DNA of 64,000 nt from an uncultured Elusimicrobia bacterium (GTDB lineage Bacteria; Elusimicrobiota; Elusimicrobia; UBA1565; UBA9628). This document shows positions 46,738 to 59,930 of this stretch, piece by piece (position 1 is the stretch's first letter; the number at the start of each line of letters is the position of its first letter). The position numbers were made by a program, and so were the translations under genes. The notes below the pieces were generated by a model that was not told the origin of the DNA, ran no database searches, and saw nothing but the letters and a program-made list of their open reading frames with translations. The stretch covers positions 810,085-874,084 of the forward strand of contig CBDIQC010000001.1 of assembly GCA_965283875.1 (NCBI GenBank), read 5' to 3'.

Positions 46738-47522
46738 ACGGCCTCCTCGACGGCTTTCAACGTCTCGATGAGCTTCTTGGTCTCGAGCACGTCGTGCACG
46801 CGCAAAACGGAGACGGAGGCGTAACACGCCCAGGCGGCGACCGCCAACGAACCGGACAGGCGGTCCTGCGGACCGGTATCGGGATGAAGTTTGCCGAACA
46901 TGGATTTGCGCGACACGCCGAGCACGACAGGCGCCACCGTTGCCAACGAGGACACGTGTTTAATCAATGACAAGTTATGATCAAGCTCTTTTCCAAAACC
47001 AATACCAGGATCCACCATCAGCTGGTCGAACTTGCCGCCGGCCTCGAAGAAGGCGGCGCCGCGTTCGCGCAGGAAGGCGGCGACCTCGGCGGGGGCGTCG
47101 CGGTAACGCGGCGCGGCCTGCATGGTCTTCGATGAGTCGCCCAGGCGGTGCATGAGCACGACCTTCTCGTATTTCGCGGCGACCTTGGCCATCTGCGGGT
47201 CGCGGCGCAGGGCGGAGACGTCGTTGAGGAACTTCGCGCCGGCGTCGAGCGCCTGGCGGGCGACCTCGGCCTTGTCGGTATCGACGGACAGATAAACGTG
47301 GGACGGCAGCTGTTTGGCGAGGCGTTTGAGGGCGGGGATGACGCGGTCGAGCTCGATGTCCAGGCCGACTTCTTCAGAACCGGGCCGGGTGGACTGGCCG
47401 CCAAGGTCGATGATGCGGGCGCCTTGTTCGGCCAGGAGCACGGCTTTCTCGACGACGGCGTCGAGGGTCTTCGCGCGGGAGTCCGGATAGAAAGAATCCG
47501 GAGTCGCGTTAACGACTCCCAT
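46734..47522 (-). CDS. folP: Dihydropteroate synthase
   Basis: MGVVNATPDSF..IIDLGGQSTRPG..VDPGIGFGK. A GTG about 48 nt upstream is an alternative start. Confidence 0.9.
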   Translation of the reverse strand: MGVVNATPDSFYPDSRAKTLDAVVEKAVLLAEQGARIIDLGGQSTRPGSEEVGLDIELDRVIPALKRLAKQLPSHVYLSVDTDKAEVARQALDAGAKFLNDVSALRRDPQMAKVAAKYEKVVLMHRLGDSSKTMQAAPRYRDAPAEVAAFLRERGAAFFEAGGKFDQLMVDPGIGFGKELDHNLSLIKHVSSLATVAPVVLGVSRKSMFGKLHPDTGPQDRLSGSLAVAAWACYASVSVLRVHDVLETKKLIETLKAVEEAV

Positions 47523-47571
47523 CAATTCGGGAGCGCGGAACGCGCGCGGCGGTTTCGCCGCCGCCTTCACG

Positions 47572-49373
<1,802 letters not shown>

Positions 49374-49374
<1 letters not shown>

Positions 49375-49940
49375 CAGGGCGTCCTCGCGGCGTCCGACTT
49401 GAGCACCCCGACGTAGGGGAGCTGGCGGTATTTCTCGTCGTAATCGAGCCCGAAGCCGACGACGAACTCGTTCGGGATGGGGAAGCCGACGTATTTCGGC
49501 GTGAAAGGGGTCTTGCGGCACATGGGTTTGTCGAGCAAGGTGCACACCTCGAGGCTGCGCGGGCGGTGCGCGCGCAAGGTCTCGGTCAGCGAGGTGAGGG
49601 TCAGCCCGGTATCGACGATGTCCTCGACGAGCAGGACGTCTTTGCCTTCGGGGCTCTGGCGCAAGTCGAGCAGCATGCGCACCGCGCCGGTCGATGACTT
49701 GCCCGCGTAGGACGAAGCGGCCACGAAATCCACCTCGATGTCGGCCTCGGGCCCGAGGGCCCGCAGCAGGTCGGCCAGGAACAACACCGAGCCCTTGAGC
49801 ACGCCCACCACCATCAGCCGGCGGCCTTTGTAGTCGCGGGCGATCTGGGCGCCGAGCTCGGCGATGCGGGCCTTGAGGGCGGCCTCGTCCAACAGGACCT
49901 TGGCGATATCGGCGTGAAGGGGGGCGGCGTGGGCGGTCAT
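49374..49940 (-). CDS. hpt: Hypoxanthine phosphoribosyltransferase
   Basis: VLLVEDIVDTGLTL PRPP motif. Classical hpt-ftsH adjacency. Confidence 0.93.
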
Positions 49941-50033
49941 CAGAGGGTCAGGATAGCTTTTCAGACCTCGCTATATCAAGGAAGGGGCCCCGGCCTTGTC
50001 GGGACCCTGAAAGCCTGCTACAATCGTCGCGCC

Positions 50034-51575
50034 ATGCCACCGCCCGAAGTCATGTTCCGCATCCTCGTCGTGGACGACGAGCGCGACAACCGCGAGCTGC
50101 TGAAGTCCCAGCTCGAGGACCTGCCGGGCGTGAAGCTGTCGGTCCAGACGGCCGAGGACGGGGACAAGGCCCTCGACGCCCTCAAGCTCGACCTGTACGA
50201 CCTCGTTTTCCTGGATTACCGCCTCCCCCCCACCGACGGCCTGGAAATCCTCGACCGCATCCGTCAGCTCCATCCCAAAACCGCCGTGGTCATGATGACC
50301 GCCGCGGGCAGCGAGCAGATCGCCGTCTCGGCGATGAAGAAGGGCGAGATGGACTACCTGACGCACAAGGACCTGCGCCAGGTCGATCTGGCCCAATTGC
50401 TGCGCCGTGTCGTGGAGATCCGCGCCCTGGTCAACCAGAACATGGAGCTGCGCCAGGTCAACCAGATGAAGAACGAGTTCATCGCGAACGTCTCGCATGA
50501 GCTGCGCACCCCGTTGACGGTCGTCATCGGCTACGCCAACACCATGCGCGACGGCAGCCTCGGCGCGATGCTCGAGCCGCAGAAGAAGGCGCTGACCGCC
50601 ATCATCGAGCGCTCCGAAGGCCTGCTCGCCACCCTCAACAACATCCTGCGCATCCGCGAGGTGCACGAAGGCGTGCCCCAGCTGATGCTCAAACCCGTCG
50701 AGTTCAAATCCCTCGTCGAGCGGCGCCTGGAGAAGGCCGGCAAGGAGCTGCGGCGCAAGGAGCTGGCCCTCGAAACCGTCCTGCCCAAGTCCCCGGTCTG
50801 GGTCATGGCCGACGAGGACAAACTCGGCGACGTGGTCGATAACCTGCTCTCCAACGCGGCCAAGTTCAGCCCCCAGAAGGGCTCGCTCGTCGTCGAGCTT
50901 CACGTGCGCGGCCAGCTCGCCGCCCTGTCGGTGGCCGACCGCGGCCCCGGCGTGGCCCCCGAGATCATGCCGCACGTCTTCGACGCCTTCTTCGCCGCGG
51001 GCCAGGGCCCGACGCGCGAATACCCCGGCCTGGGCCTGGGCCTGCCGCTGTCCAAACAGATCGTCGAACGCCTCAGCGGCCGCATCTGGCTCGAAAGCGC
51101 CGGGTCCGGCCGCGGCGCCACCGCGCGCCTGGAGCTGCCGCTGTCGGCCCCCGACGCCAACCCCGTCGTCGTCGAGGGCAACGAGCCCCTGCGCAAGAAA
51201 ACCGTGCTCATCGTCGAGGACAACCCCGACCTCGTCGAGGTCCTCATGCTTTTCCTCTCGAGCGTGAGCCGCAACCTCACGATAGTGACCGCAAAATCCG
51301 GCTTCGAGGCGCTCGACCGCGTGCAGGAAGGCATCCCCGACCTCATCATTCTCGACGTCATGATGCCGGGCATGGACGGCTTCGAGGTGCTCTCGCGCCT
51401 CAAACGCCTGCCCGACGGCGGCCGCATCCCCGTCATGGTGCTCACCGGCTACTCCGACGCGGTGTCGCGCGCGCGCGAGGCCGGGGCGCGCGAGGTGCTG
51501 CTCAAGCCCTTCGAGAAAAACGTCTTCGTGCGCAAGGTGCTCCAGCTCCTGCAGGGCGCCCAAGCGCCGGTCTAA
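50034..51575 (+). CDS. Hybrid sensor histidine kinase (REC - HisKA - HATPase - REC), no visible sensor or TM region
   Basis: ILVVDDERDN..DLVFLDYRLP (REC). SHELRTPL H-box. GLGLGLPLSKQIVE (G2). VLIVEDNPD..ILDVMMPGMDG (REC). Confidence 0.9.
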   Translation: MPPPEVMFRILVVDDERDNRELLKSQLEDLPGVKLSVQTAEDGDKALDALKLDLYDLVFLDYRLPPTDGLEILDRIRQLHPKTAVVMMTAAGSEQIAVSAMKKGEMDYLTHKDLRQVDLAQLLRRVVEIRALVNQNMELRQVNQMKNEFIANVSHELRTPLTVVIGYANTMRDGSLGAMLEPQKKALTAIIERSEGLLATLNNILRIREVHEGVPQLMLKPVEFKSLVERRLEKAGKELRRKELALETVLPKSPVWVMADEDKLGDVVDNLLSNAAKFSPQKGSLVVELHVRGQLAALSVADRGPGVAPEIMPHVFDAFFAAGQGPTREYPGLGLGLPLSKQIVERLSGRIWLESAGSGRGATARLELPLSAPDANPVVVEGNEPLRKKTVLIVEDNPDLVEVLMLFLSSVSRNLTIVTAKSGFEALDRVQEGIPDLIILDVMMPGMDGFEVLSRLKRLPDGGRIPVMVLTGYSDAVSRAREAGAREVLLKPFEKNVFVRKVLQLLQGAQAPV

Positions 51576-51943
51576 TGGCCCGCATCCTCATCGCCGACGA
51601 CGAGGAGTCCATCCGCGACCTCGTCAAGGAAGTCCTCTCCGCCGAGAAACACGAGTTCCTCCTCGCCGAAAACGGCGCCCAGGCCCTCGAGCTGCTGCGC
51701 GCCAAAGGCGCGGACCTGGCCATCATCGACCGCAACATGCCCGGGCTCTCGGGCATCGACGTCGTGAAGGTCATCCGCTCCAACCCCAAACTCGACAAGG
51801 TCAAGATCCTGATGTGCACCGCCGCCAGCGTCACGTCCGAGATCGACGAGGCGTTCGCCGCGGGCGCCAACGACTACGTGCTCAAACCCCTCAACTTCGC
51901 CGCGCTGCTGGCCAAGGTGGCCAAGGCGCTGGCCCTGCCGTGA
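51575..51943 (+). CDS. Single-domain response regulator (CheY-like receiver only)
   Basis: MARILIADDEESIRDL..DLAIIDRNMPGLSG..YVLKP. TAATG overlap with the upstream gene. Confidence 0.9.
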   Translation: MARILIADDEESIRDLVKEVLSAEKHEFLLAENGAQALELLRAKGADLAIIDRNMPGLSGIDVVKVIRSNPKLDKVKILMCTAASVTSEIDEAFAAGANDYVLKPLNFAALLAKVAKALALP

Positions 51944-53041
51944 AGAAGCCCGTCGTCGTCGTGTTGTGCGGCGGCCGGTCCGCGGAGCGGCTCGTCTCGC
52001 TCGTGTCGGCGCGCTGCGTGGTGACGAACCTCTCCCCCGCCAAGTTCGACGTCCGGCTCGTCCACGTCGGCGTGGACAACAGCTGGGTCGAGGTCCCGCC
52101 CAAACGCCTCGCCGCCGCCGAGCCCAAGGCGCTGCTCGCCGGGCGGCGACGCCGAGCGCCGCCTGCGCGCGGGCGGCAAGAAGCTCGACCCGTGGAAACT
52201 GCTCACGTCCCTGGGCCGTCGCGACGCGGTGTTTCCCGTCATCCACGGCCCCTTCGGCGAGGACGGCACCCTCCAAGGCCTGCTCGAGCTGACCGGCGTC
52301 GCCTACGTCGGCTGCGGCGTGTTCGGCTCGTCGGCGGGCATGGACAAGGAATACACCAAACGCCTGGCCGCCGACGCGGGGCTGCCCCAGGTCCCGTGGG
52401 CCGTCGCGCGCTCCCTGCCCGAGGCGTCCGCCGCCGCCAAACGCCTCGGCTACCCCGTCTTCGTCAAACCCTCGCGTATGGGCTCCTCGGTCGGCGTGGC
52501 CAAGGCGCGTAACCCGCGCGAGCTGGGCCCCGCGCTCAAGGACGCCCTGCGTTACGACGACAAAGCCATCCTCGAGAAGGGCATCCCCGCCCGCGAGATC
52601 GAGACCGCCGTGTTCGGCGACCCGTGGGCGCCCAAAGGCGACCGCTTCGCCTTGAAGGCGTCCATCGTCGGCGAGATCGCGCCCAACGCCGAGTTCTACG
52701 ACTACAACGCGAAATACATCGACCCCGACGGCGCCCGTCTGCTGATGCCCGCGCCCATCACCAAGGCCCAGGCCGCGCGCGTGCGCGAGCTGGCGCTGGC
52801 GGCCTTCCGCGCCATGGACCTGTTCGGCCTGGCGCGCGTGGATTTCTTCATGCACAAGCGGACCGGCGCCATCTATTTCAACGAGCCGAACACCTTGCCC
52901 GGCTTCACGCCCGTGAGCATGTACCCGATGTTGTGGCGCGAAAGCGGCGTGAGCACGCCGAAGCTCGTCGGCGACCTCGTCGCGCTCGCCTTGCGCCGCG
53001 CCGCCCTGCGCCGCCGTCTCTCGACGACGCCCGGCCGCTGA
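51940..53041 (+). CDS. ddl: D-alanine--D-alanine ligase, frame broken near 52141-52144
   Basis: VKKPVVVVLCGGRSAE in ORF 51814..52512, then ..LLAG|GDAERRLRAGGKKLDPWKLL..AVFPVIHGPFGEDGTLQGLLE..PVFVKPSRMGSSVGV.. in ORF 52229..53041. The GTG start overlaps the upstream stop. Confidence 0.9.
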
Positions 53042-53110
53042 GCGCCCCCCGAAATACGAAGGCTCCGCCTCTCGACGGAGCCTATCCTCTGACGACCGAC
53101 GTCTAACGGC

Positions 53111-53308
53111 TTACGCGCAGCGGCGGGGCCACACGCAGACTTCGAACTGGGCGCGGGGCGCCTCGACGCAGGTGTTGGGCCACACGCACGGCTGGATCTG
53201 AGCGACCTCGACGGTGCGGCAGGTGTTGGGCCACACGCAGGGCTGGATCTGAGCGGTGGTGCCGACCGCCGGCTCCATCAGCGACAACGCCAGGATTAGG
53301 CTGATCAT
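53111..53308 (-). CDS. 65-aa exported peptide with three 17-aa repeats carrying CVWPxxC
   Basis: MISLILALSLMEPAVGTT-AQIQPCVWPNTCRTVEV-AQIQPCVWPNTCVEAPR-AQFEVCVWPRRCA. 51-nt DNA period (36-nt copies at 53169 and 53220 differ at 1 position). AAGGAGG SD 4 nt before the ATG. Confidence 0.7.
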   Translation of the reverse strand: MISLILALSLMEPAVGTTAQIQPCVWPNTCRTVEVAQIQPCVWPNTCVEAPRAQFEVCVWPRRCA

Positions 53309-53446
53309 AAGTCCTCCTTTTTCTGCACCTACACCTTAGCGCCGTTGGGGGCGCCCGCCGGATGAGCGGGGTCATGCGGGCGGCGTGATACGGGTCAATT
53401 GAGGCCCGTCAACCGGCGGGGCCGCGACTTATGGGAGAATGTCGGC

Positions 53447-54795
53447 GTGACCGACGCGTTTCTCGTCGCCGCCTGGCTCGCCGCGGGGTTCGTCCTCGCG
53501 TGGCGCGCGCGCCGTCGCGACGGGCTCGAGGACTACGTGCTGGCCTCGCGCGCGCTGACCTTGCCCGCCTTCGTGGCCACCCTCGTGCCCACCTTCTACG
53601 GCGGCGTGTTGGGCATCGGCGAGTTCACCTGGCTGGGCGGTCTGTCCAACTGGACCGTGATGGCCGCGCCGTATTACGTGTTCGCGGCGTTGTACGCCCT
53701 TTTCCTGGCCGGACGCGTGCGCGCCGAGCCCGGCCTGACCATCCCCGACCACCTCGAGCCGGCCTACGGACGGCCGATGGCCTTGCTCGGCGCCGGGTTG
53801 GTGTTCCTCCTGGCCTGCCCCGCCGACGAGGTGCTGATGGCGGGGACTGTGCTCTCGCACCTGACCGGCCTATCCGCGGGCGTCGCCGCGCTGCTCGCCG
53901 TCGCGCTCGCCGTCGCCTCGGTGTGGCGCGGCGGGCTGCCCTCCGACGTGGCGGCCAACCGCCTCCAGCTCGTCGGCATGTACGCCGGCTTCGCCCTCGT
54001 CCTGCCGTTCTGCTTCCTCAAGCTCGGCGGGCCCGCCGCCGTCGCCGCGGCGCTGCCGGCGGGGCACCTGTCCTGGACGGGCGGGCTCGGCTTCTGGAAG
54101 CTGCTGGGCTGGTGGCTCATCGCGGTGTGGACCATCGTGGACCCGGCGTTCCATCAGCGCTGCGCCGCGGCCGAAAGCCCGGCCACCGCGCGGCGCGGCA
54201 TCTTCGTCTCCATCGGGTTCTGGATGGTCTTCGATTTGATGACGACGGCGGCCGGCCTCTACGCCCGCGTCGCGCTGCCTTCGCTGGAGGCGCCCACGCT
54301 CGCCTTCCCCCGCCTGGCCGACGCCGTGCTGCCGCCGGTGGCGCGCGGCCTGTTCTTCGCGGGCCTGTCGTCCTCGGTGTTCGCGGCCCTGCAGGCCACG
54401 ACCTTGCTGTCGGCCGCGAGCCTGGGCAAAGACGGCGCGGCGCGCGCCTTAGGCCTCGGCGAGGACGCGGGCCGGCGCCTGACCCGGCTGGCCTTGCCCG
54501 CGACCGCGCTGCTGTCGCTCGCGCTCGCGCGGCTCGTGCCGTCGGTGGCGGGCCTGTGGTACGCAGTCGGCTCGGCCTGCATCCCGGGCCTGCTGCTGCC
54601 CGTGCTCGGCGTGTATTACCCGCGCGTGCGCGCGCCCGGCGGCTGGGCCGCGGCGTCGTCGGCCGCGGGCTTCGGCCTGTCCTTGGCCTGGGTGGTCGCC
54701 GCGCAGCGCGCGGGCGCCGCGCCGCTGGGCCTGGAGCCGCTGTTTCCGGGCTTAGCGGTCGCCGCCGCGTTGTGGGCCGTCGGCCTGTCGCGGCG

Positions 54796-54799
<4 letters not shown>
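53447..54799 (+). CDS. Sodium:solute symporter (SSS) family transporter
   Basis: Multi-pass hydrophobic protein: DYVLASRALTLPAFVATLVPTFYGGVLGIGEF. GTG start with GGGAGA RBS. Confidence 0.75.
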
Positions 54800-56040
<1,241 letters not shown>

Positions 56041-56054
56041 GGAGGCCGGCGCGC

Positions 56055-56441
56055 TCAGGCCGGCTCCCGTCCGTCGCGGAGCGCGCGCTCCAGGACGTCG
56101 AGGAGGTCGTTCATCTCGTACGGCTTGGCCAGGTAGTTGAACGCCCCGAGCATCTTGGACTTGGCCGCGGTCTGGGCCGTCGCGTAGCCCGTGGCCATGA
56201 TGACGCGCATCTTCGGCGAGATGGCGCGCAGGCGCTCCAGCGTCTTGACCCCGTCGAGGCCGGGCATCATCACGTCGCAGATGGCCGCGTCGTACGGGTC
56301 CTTGGCCGCCGCCGCCAACGCCTCGCCGCCGCCGGCCACCGCCGTGACGCGGTAGCCGCACGTCTCCAGCGCGAAAACCAGCATGTTCCGCTGGTTTTTG
56401 TCGTCGTCCACGACGAGAATCCGCGCGACCTGGGCGCCCAT
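56055..56441 (-). CDS. Single-domain response regulator (receiver only)
   Basis: ARILVVDDDKNQRNML..DAAICDVMMPGLDG..YLAKP. Confidence 0.9.
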   Translation of the reverse strand: MGAQVARILVVDDDKNQRNMLVFALETCGYRVTAVAGGGEALAAAAKDPYDAAICDVMMPGLDGVKTLERLRAISPKMRVIMATGYATAQTAAKSKMLGAFNYLAKPYEMNDLLDVLERALRDGREPA

Positions 56442-56563
56442 GCCCCTTGAGTATAAGCCCGCCTCCGCCCCATTTCAAGGTGCGGCTCTAGGCATGTCGG
56501 CCTTGGTCGGGGTGGGCCTTAGGGCCCTTCCTCCTATAGGCGGTTACGGGTCATACTGTCACC

Positions 56564-57124
56564 ATGCTCGCCCTTCCATTGGCCCTGCTCGCCGCCGCCT
56601 TGCCGACGTTCGCCGCGGAGATCCCTTCCGCGCGCCTGCGCCCCGACGCCCCGGCGCATATCACCGTCGATGACGCGGCCATGGCCGGGCTGCGCGAGGC
56701 CATGCCGCAAAGCCGCTCCTACGAATACGGCGGCGCCGTCCTGGAATCGGCCGGGCGTTATTACGCCACCGCGCCGGTCACCAACCGCCGGACCGCGAAC
56801 ATCGATTTCTCCGTCGTGGTGCCCGCCGGCCACCGCATCGCCGCCATCTACCACACCCACCCGAGCGGCGAGCCCCAGTCCGACCTGTTCTCCCCCAACG
56901 ACGTGCGCCAGGCCAAGGCGCTCAACGTCGTGTCCTACATCGGCGTGATGGCCGACCGCACCATCCGCCTCTACGACCCCAACACCATGCGCGCCCGCCG
57001 CCACTCGCGTCCGGGAACCATGGTCGGCGGCGGCGAGATCGCCGACGGCCGCATCATCGCCTACGACGTCGCGCTCACCGTCGCGGCCGAAGAGCCCGTC
57101 GCCTGCCGCGCCGCCAGCTGCTAG
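56564..57124 (+). CDS. Exported protein, DUF4329-like
   Basis: Signal peptide MLALPLALLAAALPTFAA. YEYGGAVLESAGRYYATAPVT..AIYHTHP pattern. Family assignment is from memory of the motif only. Confidence 0.55.
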   Translation: MLALPLALLAAALPTFAAEIPSARLRPDAPAHITVDDAAMAGLREAMPQSRSYEYGGAVLESAGRYYATAPVTNRRTANIDFSVVVPAGHRIAAIYHTHPSGEPQSDLFSPNDVRQAKALNVVSYIGVMADRTIRLYDPNTMRARRHSRPGTMVGGGEIADGRIIAYDVALTVAAEEPVACRAASC

Positions 57125-57957
57125 GACGTTAGGCCGAGCTGCTCGTCGGCGCGGGCGGCCCAGGTGGCGCCGAGGAGCACGCCCCAGGCCGCGCAGTAGG
57201 CCCAGCCCAGGATGGCGAGCGCGGAGCTCAGCGCGCCGTGGAACAGGCTCACGCGCCACACGCGCGGCAGAAGATAGGCGAACAACGCGCAGGTGCCCAG
57301 CCACCAGAACGTGGCGAGCAGCGCCCCGGTGAAGGCCGCGACGCGGCTGACGCGGCGCTCCGGGACGAACACCAAGGTCACCCAGAAGGCGACGAACAAC
57401 ATGGCGCCGGCCGCGGGGTAGTTCAAACCCGCGCCGAGCAGGCTCGCCAGGCGCGCGGCCCCGATGCGGGTCAGCTCGCTTTGCGCCAGCGGCAGCAGCA
57501 CGAGAAACAACGCCGCCGCGACGATGGCCAGCACCCACACCGCGAGCAGGACGAAGGACTTGAGCCAGCGCGCCCAGCCGCCGGTGTGCGGCCGCTCCGG
57601 GTCGGAGAACACGTAATGGACGGCGCGCCCCATCTCGTTGAGGCCGCTGGTGCCCGTCCAGATGGCGGCCAAGGTGCTCGTGGGGCCCAGGCCCCAGCCC
57701 GAGCCCGCGGCGACGGATTCGACGATGGCGTCGGGGCGCAGCTGGCTCTCGGGCGGCAGGACCTGGCGCAGCAGCGCGACGATCTCGGGGGTCAGGTTCG
57801 CGGAGAACAGCCACGCCACGGCCTTGGTGAAGACCACGAGGAAGGGCACGAGCGAGACCAGGAAGTAGAACGCCATGGCGGCCGCGAAGCTCGGGAGCAT
57901 CCCGAACTTGTTGGCGATCCGCGCGCCGATGAGGTCCTTCAGGAAGTCCGTGCGCAT
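57121..57957 (-). CDS. YihY/BrkB (ribonuclease BN-like) family membrane protein
   Basis: GMLPSFAAAMAFYFLVSLVPFLVVF and six predicted helices. Confidence 0.8.
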   Translation of the reverse strand: MRTDFLKDLIGARIANKFGMLPSFAAAMAFYFLVSLVPFLVVFTKAVAWLFSANLTPEIVALLRQVLPPESQLRPDAIVESVAAGSGWGLGPTSTLAAIWTGTSGLNEMGRAVHYVFSDPERPHTGGWARWLKSFVLLAVWVLAIVAAALFLVLLPLAQSELTRIGAARLASLLGAGLNYPAAGAMLFVAFWVTLVFVPERRVSRVAAFTGALLATFWWLGTCALFAYLLPRVWRVSLFHGALSSALAILGWAYCAAWGVLLGATWAARADEQLGLTS

Positions 57958-57997
57958 GCGCCGCAGTCTAGCAAACCCCGCCGGGGGCCGCCGGGCT

Positions 57998-58840
57998 CTA
58001 GTAGAGGAAGTAGAGCGAGACCACGAACTTGATGTCGGCGTCGTCGAGCGGGGTCACGCGCTCGGCCACGATGGTGCGGCCCTGGCCGACCAGGAAGGCG
58101 CGGCGCTCGGCGAGTTTGGTCGCCGCGGCGGCCTCGTCTTTGGCGGCGATGTGCACGACGCCCGCCTCGGGGCCGACGTACACCATCATCCAGGGCTTGG
58201 GCACCTGCACGACGCGCACGGCGGGGCGGAACAGGTCGAAGTCGGACTCGTCGCGGGCGACCAGGAGGCGCAGGCGCGTCTCGCGGCGGGGCTCCGTGAC
58301 CGGGTCGGTCATATAAAGGAGAGAGTAGGTGGGCAGGAGGAACTCGAGGTTCAGCACGTTGGCCGAGACCAACGGCATGCCCGCGTCGGCGAGGGCGGCC
58401 ACCGCGAGCGCCATGTTGGCGCGCAGGCCCGCGTCGTCTTTGGGCGGGAACTGGCGGGGGTCGGCCATGAAGCCGCGGATGACCTTGCCGCCCGGCGCCG
58501 TATAAGGGAGGACCCACATGCCCGAGGTCAACGACGGCGTGCCCGCGGTCGCGCCGGCGGCGCGCAGCGCGTTCGTCCAATGCGCGACGGCCTCGGCGTA
58601 TTGCTCGGGCGTGTCGGCGTAGCCGAACAAGGCCTCGCGGCCGGCCTGCGCGTGGAGGTGGCGCGCGGTGACGACGTCGGTGGCGCGGCCTTCGAGGGCC
58701 GGGGCCTGCGGCGCCTGCGCGGAGGCGAGGCGCAGCGCGGCGGCGCCGGTGTACGTGAAAGCGGGCAGACCGTCCGAGGCGACGGCGGGGAGAACGGCGA
58801 GCAAGGTCGCGGCGGCGAGGGCGAGGGTGGTCGGGTTCAT
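57998..58840 (-). CDS. Hypothetical exported protein
   Basis: Signal peptide MNPTTLALAAATLLAVLPAVA. 280 aa. Confidence 0.6.
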   Translation of the reverse strand: MNPTTLALAAATLLAVLPAVASDGLPAFTYTGAAALRLASAQAPQAPALEGRATDVVTARHLHAQAGREALFGYADTPEQYAEAVAHWTNALRAAGATAGTPSLTSGMWVLPYTAPGGKVIRGFMADPRQFPPKDDAGLRANMALAVAALADAGMPLVSANVLNLEFLLPTYSLLYMTDPVTEPRRETRLRLLVARDESDFDLFRPAVRVVQVPKPWMMVYVGPEAGVVHIAAKDEAAAATKLAERRAFLVGQGRTIVAERVTPLDDADIKFVVSLYFLY

Positions 58841-58964
58841 AGCCCGGAGATTATCATATTGACACGCGCCAGTGCGAAATATGTACCATTGGGCCTACGT
58901 GGCTGATAGGTCTTTCGGCCCACGGCTCCGGAGGGGTCCGGAGGACGCACACCTGGGGGTGTCC

Positions 58965-59930
58965 ATGAAAAAGTCCGTCATCGTCGCCGCGGTGCTCGCG
59001 GCGGTCGGGTCGTCGGTGTTCGCGTACCAGCGCTTCGCGCCCGTGACGTTGTGCGAAGGATTCCTGCCGCCTAACAACCTCAGCATTCCCGTGGGCGACG
59101 TCCGCGCCCGCGGCATCGACGAGGCCATGTTCAACTCCGTGCTCGACCGCGTGCAGGCCGCTTACACGCCCATCATCGCCGCCAAGGGCGGGCGCCTCTC
59201 GGTCAACCGGAAGTGGACCGATCCGACGGTCAACGCGTCGGCCCAGCAGATGGGCAACGTGTGGCACATCAACATGTACGGCGGGCTCGCGCGCCACGCG
59301 GCCGTCACCGAGGAGGGCTTCGCGCTCGTGGCCTGCCACGAGATCGGCCACCACATCGGCGGCTACCCGAAGTCCAGCTGGGCCACCAACGAGGGCGGCT
59401 CCGACTACTTCGCGACGCTCAAGTGCATGCGCCTGCTCTACGGCGAAAACGCGCCGCTGGGCGACGTGGACCCCGTGGCCGAGGCCGGCTGCTCGGGCCA
59501 GTTCGAAGGCGAAGGCGCGCGCAACGGCTGCCGCAACGGCGTGCGCGGCGGGCAGTCCGTGGCCTTCCTCTTCCAGGCCCTGCGCAACAGCCCGACGCCG
59601 CCCAAGTTCGACACGCCCAACACCACGGTCGTGGACCAGATGTACAACCGGCACCCGGAGACGCAGTGCCGCCTGGACACGTATTACCAGGGCGCGTTGT
59701 GCGGCGCCAGCCAGGGCACGGACGTGAGCAACTCCGACCCGAACGCCGGCGCGTGCACGGCCCGCAACGGCCAGCGCGTGGGCCTGCGCCCTCGCTGCTG
59801 GTACAAGCCGCCGGTGGACGAGCCCGCGCTTGAGCCCGAGTTCGTCGGCCGGTCCATGAACCTCGACGCGAAATCGGTGGCCGAGAAGCTCGAAGCCATC
59901 CGCGCGTCGCTGAGCGGCCGTGGGATCTAA
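58965..59930 (+). CDS. Secreted zinc metalloprotease (HExxH), family unassigned
   Basis: MKKSVIVAAVLAAVGSSVFA signal peptide. LVACHEIGHHIGG zinc motif. Multiple Cys. Confidence 0.65.
   Translation: MKKSVIVAAVLAAVGSSVFAYQRFAPVTLCEGFLPPNNLSIPVGDVRARGIDEAMFNSVLDRVQAAYTPIIAAKGGRLSVNRKWTDPTVNASAQQMGNVWHINMYGGLARHAAVTEEGFALVACHEIGHHIGGYPKSSWATNEGGSDYFATLKCMRLLYGENAPLGDVDPVAEAGCSGQFEGEGARNGCRNGVRGGQSVAFLFQALRNSPTPPKFDTPNTTVVDQMYNRHPETQCRLDTYYQGALCGASQGTDVSNSDPNAGACTARNGQRVGLRPRCWYKPPVDEPALEPEFVGRSMNLDAKSVAEKLEAIRASLSGRGI

Noticed and set aside
58859-58885. TTGACA-15 nt-TATGTA as a promoter for the HExxH protease gene.
   Set aside because: The -35 is perfect, but the spacing is short and the -10 is poor. 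This is too weak to list as a feature without TSS data.
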